From the IMG/VR virus record IMGVR_UViG_3300025687_000036: 64,000 nt of DNA; one strand, given 5' to 3'. Below the pieces are notes generated by a model. It did no database searches. It had not been told where the DNA came from and saw nothing but the letters and a program-made list of their open reading frames with translations. This DNA comes from an uncultured virus (IMG/VR IMGVR_UViG_3300025687_000036) (lineage: Duplodnaviria > Heunggongvirae > Uroviricota > Caudoviricetes). The first letter of the stretch is position 1; every line of letters begins with the position of its first letter. The position numbers and the translations under genes are program-made. Below are positions 39,021 through 48,064 of the stretch, piece by piece.

Positions 39021-39233
39021 TCACGCAAGGGCGTGTAGTCTAGGAAGTGGAAAGACGTCGATCTCCTCGATCCGGCAATGCGGATGCTTCGTCATGTTCG
39101 CCGCAGCCCATATCAACCGAACTCGGGCTTTCGCCGTGTCGGCAGAATCAGCAAAAACGGAAAACTCATCGGCATCGAAAATGTCGCCGTCGGTCCAGGT
39201 GACGACGGCCAGCCATCGCTTTTCTGCGGGCAT
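39021..39233 (-). CDS. Hypothetical protein
   Basis: AAGGAG RBS; stop abuts recombinase start. Confidence 0.55.
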   Translation of the reverse strand: MPAEKRWLAVVTWTDGDIFDADEFSVFADSADTAKARVRLIWAAANMTKHPHCRIEEIDVFPLPRLHALA

Positions 39234-39271
39234 GATTGGCTCCTTCCGATCTGCTTGCCGCCTAACAGTCG

Positions 39272-39300
39272 ACAGTAGCCGCCTCCAGTCAACAAGTCAA
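39272..39300 (-). promoter_or_regulatory. Sigma70-type promoter for the leftward recombinase operon
   Basis: TTGACT-N17-TACTGT on the minus strand. Confidence 0.65.
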
Positions 39301-39410
39301 TCCCACCAAATTCGCCGCTGGAAACGGCGGCGTCTCCGGTGGAGAATCCATCGACAGGGCGAGGCGGACACGCCCGTGGACGACGGACTCCGACTGGGGG
39401 AGGAAACAAC

Positions 39411-39983
39411 GTGGCGAGGACTGTAGCGAGGCAGCGCGACATCGTCAACATGGCGCTGGGCGCCACTGAGGCGGCGGCGGTCATGGGGGTTCACTGGAGC
39501 GTGCCGCCCAGGATGGCAGACCGCGGCTGGATCGCCGCAAGGACGCTCGAGACGACCGAGGGTCAAGAGAGGCGTGTCCAGGTCTACGACGGACTGGAGT
39601 GCCAGACGAACTGGGAGGAGTACGACCGCAAGGTCGTCGAGCGCGGCGGCATGAACGACCGCCGGCCGCGGGCGTGGGTCCACACCCGTGACCCGATTCT
39701 GACGGTGCTCGCCAGGGTTCCACAGGAACTGCGAATCCCGTTCGACGATGCCATCAGCGCCTACGAGGCATCGGAGATTCTGCGCGTCCATCCCTCCTTC
39801 GTGCCGAGGCTCGCGAAGGCCGGGCACATCGTCGGCAGGGAACTCGCCGGCCGCGACCGCACCAAGCGGCCGCATCGGCCCAGTTGGATTTTCTCGCGGG
39901 CGTCGTGCGTGCGAAACCTCCAGCTCGTGCGTTCGTTGCAGGCCGAAGGCGACAAAGCCGGACGGCCGCGGAATTTGTCTTGA
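39411..39983 (+). CDS. Protein with two excisionase/MerR-like HTH repeats
   Basis: LGATEAAAVMGVH...GWI and ISAYEASEILRVH...GHI; GGAGG before GTG at 39411. Confidence 0.6.
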   Translation: MARTVARQRDIVNMALGATEAAAVMGVHWSVPPRMADRGWIAARTLETTEGQERRVQVYDGLECQTNWEEYDRKVVERGGMNDRRPRAWVHTRDPILTVLARVPQELRIPFDDAISAYEASEILRVHPSFVPRLAKAGHIVGRELAGRDRTKRPHRPSWIFSRASCVRNLQLVRSLQAEGDKAGRPRNLS

Positions 39984-40009
39984 CGAGCGACCTAGCCTCC
40001 GCCTACGAT
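39980..40009 (+). promoter_or_regulatory. Putative promoter of the replication operon
   Basis: TTGACG-N18-TACGAT. Confidence 0.5.
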
Positions 40010-40031
40010 GCCGCCCGCCAAGGAGGACGGC

Positions 40032-41429
40032 ATGGAAGGCTTGTGGCGACATCAGGTCGAGGCGATCGAGTGGGCGCGGGAGCGGCGCTCGATCCTCCTG
40101 CACCACGAAATGGGCTGCGGGAAGACCAGGACAGCCATCGAGATTCTCAAGGAACTCTTGGCCTCTCAGGAGGCAGGCAAGCCGTTCCGCGTGCTCGTCT
40201 GCTGCCCGAAGGCGGTGATCGCCGCGTGGCTCAAGCAGGCGAGCCTCTGGTGGCCCGAGGCCCGCGTCTGCGCGTTGACCAAGGGCACCGCGAAGGCGAA
40301 GAGCAAGCAGGTCGCCGCGGCTCTGGCCGACCTCTCGCCCCTGCTGATCGTCGTCAACTACGAGACCGCCTGGCGTGCTGAACTCCTAGAGAAGACATCG
40401 TGGTCGGCGGTCGTCTGGGACGAGGTGCATCGACTCAAGAGCCCCAGTGGAGCGGCGAGCCGCTGGGCGGCCAGGGTCTGCAAGAAAAACCCCACGGCCA
40501 AGCGGGTCGGGCTCTCTGGCACGATGGTGCCGCAGGTTCCTCTGGACATTTACGGAATATATCGCAGCGTCGAGGCTCCTGAGTGCCAGACATTCGGGCA
40601 GTCGTACACCCTCTTCAAGGCCAATCACGCCATCTGCCCGCCGGGGCAGCACTTCGTCGTCGCATGGAAGAACCTTGAGCAACTGCACCAGAAGATCGCC
40701 GCGACGACGCATCGGGTGAAGAGCGCCGACGTCCTCGATCTGCCGCCGATCCGCTTCTTCGACGTGCCGTGCGACCTCTCGTCGCAGGAGGCCCGCGTCT
40801 ACAAGGAGATCGAACGCGAGTTCTGCGCCGTGGTCGAGGAAGGCACCGTGACGCCGGCCAACGCGCTGGTGCAACTATTGAGGATGCAACAGATATGCGG
40901 AGGCAGCGTCACATTCGACGGCGACCAGACGGCCCGCCAAATCGTCGAGCACCCCGCCAAGGCGGAGGTGCTGGCCGATATGCTGGAGGATTCCCCCGCG
41001 GACGAGCCATGGGTGATCTTCTGCCGCTTCAAGAGCGACATCGCCGCCGCACGCAAAGTCTGCGAGACGCTCTCGCGGAAGTACGGAGAACTCAGCGGAG
41101 CGAGGAACGATCTGGCCGCTTGGCAACAAGCGGAGACAACAGTCTTGATCACGCAGATTCAGAGTGGCGGAATCGGCGTCGACCTGACCCGATCACGCTA
41201 CTGCTGCTTCTACTCGCTGGGCTACTCGCTCTCCGACTACCTCCAGGCCGTGGCGCGTCTGCACCGGCCGGGGCAGAGTCACGAGACGTCGATCTGGCAC
41301 CTCGTGGCGACGATTGACGGCCGCTCCACCGTGGACGGCCGCGTGTATCAGGCACTTCGTGAAAGACGGGAGGTCGTGGATGTCATCGTCGACGGATACG
41401 CAGCCGGCATTGCAAGCGGCGCTCGCTGA
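40032..41429 (+). CDS. SNF2-family (SF2) helicase
   Basis: EMGCGKT, VWDEVH, LSGT, GIGVDL, QAVARLHRPGQ. Confidence 0.93.
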   Translation: MEGLWRHQVEAIEWARERRSILLHHEMGCGKTRTAIEILKELLASQEAGKPFRVLVCCPKAVIAAWLKQASLWWPEARVCALTKGTAKAKSKQVAAALADLSPLLIVVNYETAWRAELLEKTSWSAVVWDEVHRLKSPSGAASRWAARVCKKNPTAKRVGLSGTMVPQVPLDIYGIYRSVEAPECQTFGQSYTLFKANHAICPPGQHFVVAWKNLEQLHQKIAATTHRVKSADVLDLPPIRFFDVPCDLSSQEARVYKEIEREFCAVVEEGTVTPANALVQLLRMQQICGGSVTFDGDQTARQIVEHPAKAEVLADMLEDSPADEPWVIFCRFKSDIAAARKVCETLSRKYGELSGARNDLAAWQQAETTVLITQIQSGGIGVDLTRSRYCCFYSLGYSLSDYLQAVARLHRPGQSHETSIWHLVATIDGRSTVDGRVYQALRERREVVDVIVDGYAAGIASGAR

Positions 41430-41820
41430 GATCGCCGAGATCGATCGGCAGGTCGCAGAACTGGATGACAAGTCTGACGAACTGAAGAAACGCCGCGCTC
41501 AACTCGAGGAGATCGCCCTCGAGGAGATCGCGACGCAGCGCCTCGACGGAGTCAAGGCGGCAGGGAGGAGTTGGCGAGTCGAGTGGTCTCACTCGTTCTC
41601 GGCGCCGGAGGCGCGAAAGGAGGCGGTGATGGAGGCCGCCCGACGTGCGGGATTGCTGGACAAGGTCACGCAGGTGAACACGGCACGCCTCAAGGCGTTG
41701 CTGACGGAGAAAGCCAAGGAGGCGGGGACGGACCCCCGCCGGCTTTTTTCGGACGGGACGGAGTTCGAGGGGTTGGTCGGCGAGTACGTCCGGCCGGTCC
41801 TGCGTCATCGGGCGGTCTGA
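41380..41820 (+). CDS. Hypothetical coiled-coil replication-module protein
   Basis: Coiled-coil N-terminus; QVNTARLKALL. Confidence 0.6.
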   Translation: MSSSTDTQPALQAALAEIAEIDRQVAELDDKSDELKKRRAQLEEIALEEIATQRLDGVKAAGRSWRVEWSHSFSAPEARKEAVMEAARRAGLLDKVTQVNTARLKALLTEKAKEAGTDPRRLFSDGTEFEGLVGEYVRPVLRHRAV

Positions 41821-41869
41821 TGGCGCGAAGGTTTCTGGTTTCTAGGCGACTATTGAGGAGAACGTGAAC

Positions 41870-42646
41870 ATGACGACTGAGATTTCCACCAACGTGCTCG
41901 ACTACCCGGCCCTGCGGTCGGATAGCCGGCAGATCAGGATCATCGAGGCGAACCTCGATGGCGAGCCGATGCGGGAGACGGACCTCGTCCGGGTCAAGAC
42001 GCCTCTGGGCGGCGCGACCTCGTGGACCGTCGACATCAACGGCAACCAGACGCAGACCGACGAGATCGTCGGCCTCTGCGTCGGGATCGCGAAGCGCGGT
42101 GTGCTCTGGCCCAGCGATGACCCGACCGAGCAGCGGCCGGTCGTCGTGACGCACGACCTCATGGTCGGCTACCGCGTCAGCGATGACCTGGGGTCGATCG
42201 ACCCGGCGGTGCTCGAGAAGTTTCGGATCGGCGACCGCAAGTACGACTGGGCGGCGCTCTCGAGCCCGACGGGTCCGTTCGGCTACGGCTCGGCCCGCGG
42301 TGGTGCCGGCAAGCGGGTGAAGGAGAGCCGCATCCTGGCGCTTCTTCGCGAGGGCGATGTCTGGCCGGTTCTGGTCAGCGTCGGGCCTGGGAGCCTGCGG
42401 GAGTTGCTGCCGTTTCTGAAGCGGCTGCCGAGTTTCCACTACGAGTGCGTGCTGGGGCTCAAACTCACCAAGGCCAAGGGCACCAACGGACAGCCCTACA
42501 GCCAGATCGTGCCGCGGGTCGTCGGCACCATCAGCGAGGAGCAGGGCGAGGTGGCGCGGCGCGTCTACGCCGAGCCGCTGCGGCGGATGTTCAACGAGCC
42601 GCCGGTCGGCGCCGTCGTCGTCGACAACAGCGACGACGACGAGTGA
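41870..42646 (+). CDS. Putative ssDNA-binding/annealing protein
   Basis: Replication-module position, GQPYSQI motif, acidic C-terminus (SDDDE); GAGGAG RBS. Confidence 0.5.
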   Translation: MTTEISTNVLDYPALRSDSRQIRIIEANLDGEPMRETDLVRVKTPLGGATSWTVDINGNQTQTDEIVGLCVGIAKRGVLWPSDDPTEQRPVVVTHDLMVGYRVSDDLGSIDPAVLEKFRIGDRKYDWAALSSPTGPFGYGSARGGAGKRVKESRILALLREGDVWPVLVSVGPGSLRELLPFLKRLPSFHYECVLGLKLTKAKGTNGQPYSQIVPRVVGTISEEQGEVARRVYAEPLRRMFNEPPVGAVVVDNSDDDE

Positions 42647-42858
42647 TCCAGACGCCGGGCCGGCGGCGCGCAAACCCGTCGTCTCGCGGACGGGCCGGCC
42701 GCCCAGCCGGCGGTGGCTTCGTAACCGACCGGAAGACCGCTGACGCTCCTCTGTGGCCCCTTTCCACCACACGACCAGCGGACGGGCCTTACCCACCACC
42801 CCGATCAAGAGGTCGGGGTGGTGGGGGGTTCGCGTCTTCAAGCAAACGAGGTCTCGTC

Positions 42859-43560
42859 GTGGGGGGCAAAAAAACAATCGTCGCTGGCGTCGAGTTCGCG
42901 AGCCTAAAGGGACTTGCCGGCTACTGCCGCGAGGTCATATCGGCCACGGCAGACGGCGAGTTCATTGAACGCGGCGACTTCATGCTCAACCTCATCCGGC
43001 AGCGCCACAGCACGCCTGACGAGAAGATTCTCCCTGGCCTCGAGGACGAAATCGTTGGGGTTCGGGTGCGGCACGAGTCCGCCAGGGCAATTCTCAGAAA
43101 GGCGTCCCGCAATCACACGTTTGTTGTCTACCGCGGCGGTCTGGAAATCTCGTTCTCGTGGGTTCAGTGCTGCACCGGATTCAGGAGCAAATCAAGTTGG
43201 CTCACGCGGTGTATGCGGGTGGCCGTTGACGCGGACATTCGGGCCTACAAGAGGCTGCGCTTTGCCGCGTCATCGTCGCTGACCAGCGACATCAGCGGGC
43301 AGCCGATCACATGGGGCACATGCCAAGTCGATCACGTCCATCCGCTGACGTTCGCGAAACTGCGGGACGACTTTCTGTCCGGCTGGCCGGCTCCGGCAGA
43401 GAGCATCCAACTCAAGCAGGACGACCTCGGCGGCTGGGTGCTGGCAGACGATGAATTTGAGAAGGCTTGGGTTCTGTATCACCAGTCGCACTGCCGGCTG
43501 CAATTGGCGACACCGGAAGAGAATCAGAGAAGTTGGAGAAACGATCAATCAAAGGAGTGA
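42859..43560 (+). CDS. DCL/DUF3223-like domain fused to an HNH-like nuclease region
   Basis: RH...EKI..G...FVV....ISFSW..C then QVDH..PLTF...W..YH...LQL....N. Confidence 0.55.
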   Translation: MGGKKTIVAGVEFASLKGLAGYCREVISATADGEFIERGDFMLNLIRQRHSTPDEKILPGLEDEIVGVRVRHESARAILRKASRNHTFVVYRGGLEISFSWVQCCTGFRSKSSWLTRCMRVAVDADIRAYKRLRFAASSSLTSDISGQPITWGTCQVDHVHPLTFAKLRDDFLSGWPAPAESIQLKQDDLGGWVLADDEFEKAWVLYHQSHCRLQLATPEENQRSWRNDQSKE

Positions 43561-43564
43561 TTTG

Positions 43565-45286
43565 ATGAGTGACACAAAGTTCAAGTGGGCTGCGCAGTAC
43601 GCCGCCAGAGGGTGGTACATCGTCGTCTGCCACGGCTCCAGCGGCGACAGGTGTACCTGCGGGAACGAAAGTTGCGCGACGCCTGGTAAGCATCCGGTGC
43701 TGAACGCATGGCAGCACAAGTCCACGATCGACGAAGACGAGTTGTCGCACTGGTTCGACGGGACCAAGAACTTCAACGTCGGCGTGCAGTTGGGCGAGAA
43801 GAGCGGCATCATCGATATCGAGTTCGACACCGATCAGGGGCGCAAGACGGCCGAGAGATTCGGGCTCGACAAGGCATACACGCCGACCTTCACGTCGAAG
43901 CGGTCGACGCACCGGCTCTTCAAGTGGGATCAGCGTCTGCCGCAGAAGGCCGTCCACAAACTCAATGGCCTCGAGATTCGCATCGGCGGCGGCGGCGGCG
44001 GGGCGCAGTCGATCATGCCGCCGAGCGCTCACTCCAGCGGAGCATCGTACTCGTGGGTCAACGGCATGAGCCCCGAGGACTGCGATGTAGCGGAACTGCC
44101 GAAGGAGCTTCTGGTCGCGATCATCAACGACGCCGGAGAGGACGGCGGAGAAAAGCAGCCGTCCGCGAACCTTCTGCTCTACAAGCCAGCCGAGGAGGGC
44201 GACCGGCACCACTCGCTGGTCAGATTCGCGGCGCGGCTGTGCATCAACATGGTCAACGTGCATGATCCTGTCGAGCAGCAGGACGTCCACGAAATGATCA
44301 AGGCGATGAACAAGCAGAGGTGCAATCCGCCGAAGGGCGAGGACGAGATCGAGAACATCTTCCGGCACGAGTTGCAGTGGGCCACAAGGAAGCGTGCTCA
44401 AGGGATCGCCGACGACGCCGAAAAGTCGAAGGCTCTGGCCGAGCGGATGGAGAAAGGGGCGGAGACGGAAGGCGACGGCGGCAAGAAAGACCTTCCATTC
44501 ACGTTCACCGGCCTCCGGTACGACGGCGAGCAGTGGTGGCCTGGTCAGTGGCAACTCAAGGTCATCCACTCCGACCCCGTGTCCTACAGCCTGACGGTGC
44601 CGGTGTTCCGCGAGGTCGGCGGCCAGCAGAAGACCGTCCGCGTTTCGGTGCCGCTGTGCGTCGAGACGTTCCGGTCGGCCGCCAAGGTGGCCGCGGCGAT
44701 CCTCGAGTCGACGCACACCGTGATCGTCGATCAGGTGCCCGAGGAGTGGTTCTCCGTCTGGAACGGGCAGGGCAAGAAGAAGGGGAAGTCGGCCGTCAGG
44801 GGTTTGAAGGCCAAGTTGATGGACGAGGCGACCCACGAGGCGGCTACCGCAGAGAACTGCCGCTTCGCGACCGTGGCCGGCTGGCTCCTCGAGGTGCTGA
44901 TGATGACCCCGAAGCCGGACGACGACGCCGACGACGACGGGAGCCCAGACGTCACAGGGATGCCGGCATGGGTCCGCGGACGGGATGGGGTCTGGGAACT
45001 GTGGTTCGCGTGGATGAAGGCGTGGGAGATGGTCGACAGGGGCCGCAGGAAGCTCGAGGAGGGCGATATCGCCAAGATCAAGAAGATGATCCTGTCTGGG
45101 GTCGGTCAGGCCAAATTGCCCGCCTCCAGGGCCGCAGGCGAGGGCGGCAGCAGCCGCCGGTTCGTGCGGTTCACGATCCATCACCTGCGGGTTTTGGAAC
45201 GCCTGGCGGCCGGCGAGTTCGGCGCCGAGGCTGAGACCGCCTTTTCTATTCACGAGGAATTCGATTTCGAAATCGAAAAAAATTGA
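43565..45286 (+). CDS. Bifunctional primase-polymerase (Prim-Pol) with PriCT-like domain
   Basis: CTCG...PGKHP, NVGVQLG..SGIIDIEFD, HRLF, IMPPSAH; EGDRHHSL...CNPP. Confidence 0.88.
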   Translation: MSDTKFKWAAQYAARGWYIVVCHGSSGDRCTCGNESCATPGKHPVLNAWQHKSTIDEDELSHWFDGTKNFNVGVQLGEKSGIIDIEFDTDQGRKTAERFGLDKAYTPTFTSKRSTHRLFKWDQRLPQKAVHKLNGLEIRIGGGGGGAQSIMPPSAHSSGASYSWVNGMSPEDCDVAELPKELLVAIINDAGEDGGEKQPSANLLLYKPAEEGDRHHSLVRFAARLCINMVNVHDPVEQQDVHEMIKAMNKQRCNPPKGEDEIENIFRHELQWATRKRAQGIADDAEKSKALAERMEKGAETEGDGGKKDLPFTFTGLRYDGEQWWPGQWQLKVIHSDPVSYSLTVPVFREVGGQQKTVRVSVPLCVETFRSAAKVAAAILESTHTVIVDQVPEEWFSVWNGQGKKKGKSAVRGLKAKLMDEATHEAATAENCRFATVAGWLLEVLMMTPKPDDDADDDGSPDVTGMPAWVRGRDGVWELWFAWMKAWEMVDRGRRKLEEGDIAKIKKMILSGVGQAKLPASRAAGEGGSSRRFVRFTIHHLRVLERLAAGEFGAEAETAFSIHEEFDFEIEKN

Positions 45287-45379
45287 TGGATTTGTGGAAA
45301 CGTGGTTTTTGTGTCGCAAGTGATTGCAGGACAAGGACTTAGGGAAACCATCTTTCGGGAGGCACGTTGGAAACGTGGT
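45260..45379. repeat. AT-rich region after primase with palindromes and direct repeats (candidate origin)
   Basis: 18-bp palindrome 45260-45277; TGGAAACGTGGT at 45295 and 45368; AAGTGATTG-N5-CAAGGACTT at 45318-45340. Confidence 0.55.
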
Positions 45380-45384
45380 CAAAA

Positions 45385-47022
45385 ATGGCTGTTCAGGTGG
45401 CAAGATTGGTAGGTGGGGCAGGAACGGGAAAGACAACGGAGTTGATGAGGATCATTGAGGAAGCCAAAAACCAGTTGGGCGGTAGCCCGTTCGCCGTCGG
45501 CTTCACAAGTTTCACCAGAGCGGCTCGGGCGGAGGCCGTTTCTCGGGCCAGCGCGGCGTGGGGTGTTCAGGAGGACGTCCTGAGCGATTCCGGCTGGTTC
45601 AGAACCGTCCATTCGATCGCCTACAAGCAATTGGGTGTCAAAAAGGGGGAGTTGGTCGACGACAGCAAGGCGTCGGCGGAGTGGATCGCCGGAGCCCTCG
45701 GCGTCAACGTCAGGACGATCATCGACGAGGACTCCGGGTACTCGAGGTTCACGGGCGAAAAGCAGGCCGCCGCGGCCCTGAACGCCTGGGAGCAGGCCAG
45801 GTCGCGGATGGAGCCACTGAAGGACACAATCCTGCGGGCGGCCCGCCTGGGCGATCCTGTGCCGTCCTACGCGGTTTGCAAGCAGTACATCGAGAAATAC
45901 CAGTCGGCCAAGCTCCTCGAGAACCGCTGCGACTTCACCGACCTCTTGGCCCGGTTCTGCGGAATCCGGTTCACGGTCGACGGCTTCGAGGAGACGGACC
46001 CCGAGGGCGAACTGCCGCCGAATGTGCAGGCGTGGGTGATGGACGAGCAGCAGGACGCCTCGGCTCTGGTCGACCGCTGCTGCCGAAGGCTTGCGAGCGG
46101 TGGAAGTGTAAAATGGGTCTATATCGCCGGAGACCCGATGCAGAGCATCTTCGGCTTCGGCGGCTCAGACTCCCGCCTCTTCATGTCGTGGGACGTCGCG
46201 AAACAGAGGGTCATGCCGAAGACTTGGAGGTGCCCACCCCCTGTCCACAACCTTGGCGAGGCGTGCCTCAAACGAATGCGTGAGGGGTACTGGGATCGCG
46301 GTATAGCCGCGGCCGACCACGAAGGGGAGGTGATCAAAGGCGGGTACGCGGAGAGCGTCGCCGCCTCTCTGTCAGCCGGCGAGAAGACTCTGGTCATCGC
46401 CCGCTGCAACTACATCGTCGAGAAGTGGGAGCAGGCGCTTCAGGCGAAGGGTCTTCCGTTCGCCAGGCTCAAGGCGAAGGAAGGCACGAAGTTTTTGCGG
46501 GCCGCCAACGCCCTCTGGAAAATCGAGCACGGCGAGCCGGCGAACGCAGATGACTTCGCCGCCGCGGTCGACGCGATGCCGGCGACCGGCAACATGGTCA
46601 AGGGCACGAAGGCTGCCTGGAAGCGAGAAGACACCATCCGCCGGTGGGAAATGGTCTCCCCGGCGGAACTCGAGGAGACCGGCATGAAGCCGGAGTTCGC
46701 CGACCGAATCAGAAAGGGCGGCTGGGGCGACCTGTTCCCCAACGCCGCCCGTTGGCGGAAGGCCGCGAAGAGGCACGGGCCAGAATTGGCGACAAGCCCA
46801 CACATCAGGGTCGGCACCATCCACGCCGCGAAGGGGATGGAGGCCGACACCGTCGTGCTGTCGACGACCGTGAGCCGAAGAATCTACGAAGCGCAGGGGA
46901 TCGACAAGGAGCAGCACGACGAAGAGCGACGCATCGAGTACGTCGGCGTCACGAGGGCCAGAAAACGCCTGATCACCGCGACCGAGCAGCAGGCCGAGTA
47001 CCGGATGAGGCTGCCGATATGA
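45385..47022 (+). CDS. UvrD/Rep-like superfamily 1 helicase
   Basis: GGAGTGKTT, SFTRAA, TVHS, MDEQQD, AGDPMQSIFGF, TIHAAKGMEAD, YVGVTRAR. Confidence 0.92.
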   Translation: MAVQVARLVGGAGTGKTTELMRIIEEAKNQLGGSPFAVGFTSFTRAARAEAVSRASAAWGVQEDVLSDSGWFRTVHSIAYKQLGVKKGELVDDSKASAEWIAGALGVNVRTIIDEDSGYSRFTGEKQAAAALNAWEQARSRMEPLKDTILRAARLGDPVPSYAVCKQYIEKYQSAKLLENRCDFTDLLARFCGIRFTVDGFEETDPEGELPPNVQAWVMDEQQDASALVDRCCRRLASGGSVKWVYIAGDPMQSIFGFGGSDSRLFMSWDVAKQRVMPKTWRCPPPVHNLGEACLKRMREGYWDRGIAAADHEGEVIKGGYAESVAASLSAGEKTLVIARCNYIVEKWEQALQAKGLPFARLKAKEGTKFLRAANALWKIEHGEPANADDFAAAVDAMPATGNMVKGTKAAWKREDTIRRWEMVSPAELEETGMKPEFADRIRKGGWGDLFPNAARWRKAAKRHGPELATSPHIRVGTIHAAKGMEADTVVLSTTVSRRIYEAQGIDKEQHDEERRIEYVGVTRARKRLITATEQQAEYRMRLPI

Positions 47023-47486
47023 GCCTCCTTTTTGACATTTCTCCGACAGACGAGCCTCAAAAGAAGCGCAGCGGCAAGAAGAAGCAGGCAGAAGAAGCCG
47101 CTGCCGCTCCAGAGCCCGCTGTCGTCGTGCCCAAGAGAATCAGCGACGAGCCGCCCAAACCCCTCGGCGCTGCGGACGGGTTCGTCTGCATCAACGAAGC
47201 GTGCGGCGGCACATGCCACGACATTTGGAAGAAGTCCAGAGGTCTTTGGCTTATCGAGTGCTTTGAGTGCGGCACCGGGCAGTGGGTCGAGGCCCAAGAG
47301 GAGGCCCAGGAGACGGAGGAGGATTCCTTCCGGTTTCCAGAGGGAGTCCGCGACACGTTCGTCGGCCTGACGATCGACGAGGTCGACGCTCTCGGCCGGC
47401 GAGACTACATCGTCTGGGCAGCAGAAAACTGCCGGATCGGAGACGTCCGCGACGCCGCGAAAAAATGGCTTGCAGCCCGCGGGTGA
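47019..47486 (+). CDS. Hypothetical Zn-ribbon protein
   Basis: CINEAC...CFECG. Confidence 0.55.
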   Translation: MSLLFDISPTDEPQKKRSGKKKQAEEAAAAPEPAVVVPKRISDEPPKPLGAADGFVCINEACGGTCHDIWKKSRGLWLIECFECGTGQWVEAQEEAQETEEDSFRFPEGVRDTFVGLTIDEVDALGRRDYIVWAAENCRIGDVRDAAKKWLAARG

Positions 47487-47535
47487 GTCTGCTAGCCTTC
47501 TGGCCGACACAACCGGCGAAAGGAGTTTGCCGCTC

Positions 47536-47718
47536 ATGCTCGTGATCACGCGGAAGGATCGGCAGTCGATCAAGATCGGGCCTGACATCCTGGTCACCGT
47601 CTGGCGGACAGACGAGGGCAGGATTCGAGTCGGCATCGACGCGCCGAGGGATTTGGCGATTCATCGCGCCGAATCGTCGGCCAAGCCTCACGCCAAGGAG
47701 GAGGCGACCAGTGGTTGA
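47536..47718 (+). CDS. csrA: Carbon storage regulator CsrA/RsmA homologue
   Basis: MLVITRK..QSIKIG.DI.VTV...RIRVGIDAPRDLAIHRAE, the full CsrA signature including the conserved Arg. Confidence 0.92.
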   Translation: MLVITRKDRQSIKIGPDILVTVWRTDEGRIRVGIDAPRDLAIHRAESSAKPHAKEEATSG

Positions 47719-47805
47719 CGCTCTGCACATCTGGCTGAACGTGTCGGTGATCTGGGTGGCTGCCGGCGCCGTCGCCTACCTCTCAGTCCTCCGCGAGATG
47801 GAGTG

Positions 47806-48057
47806 ATGGATTTCCGAGTACCTCCTCCGCCGTTGGTGATCGACAGGGGCAAGTTCGTCTGCCGCTGCGTCGACGACTACATCATCGACGAGGGCGACGA
47901 CTTTCGGCCGTATGTCGACATCGCGATCGACACGATCCCGCTCCGCGAAGGCGATCGAGACTACTCGGAGTCTCCGCAGATTCTCAGGCAAGCGGCGGAC
48001 TGGCTGAAGAAGGCCGCTGATTGGCTCGAGCGCCGGCAGAACGCACCGCTGGAGTGA
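47806..48057 (+). CDS. Hypothetical protein
   Basis: ORF in same operon. Confidence 0.55.
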   Translation: MDFRVPPPPLVIDRGKFVCRCVDDYIIDEGDDFRPYVDIAIDTIPLREGDRDYSESPQILRQAADWLKKAADWLERRQNAPLE

Positions 48058-48064
48058 GTAGAGC

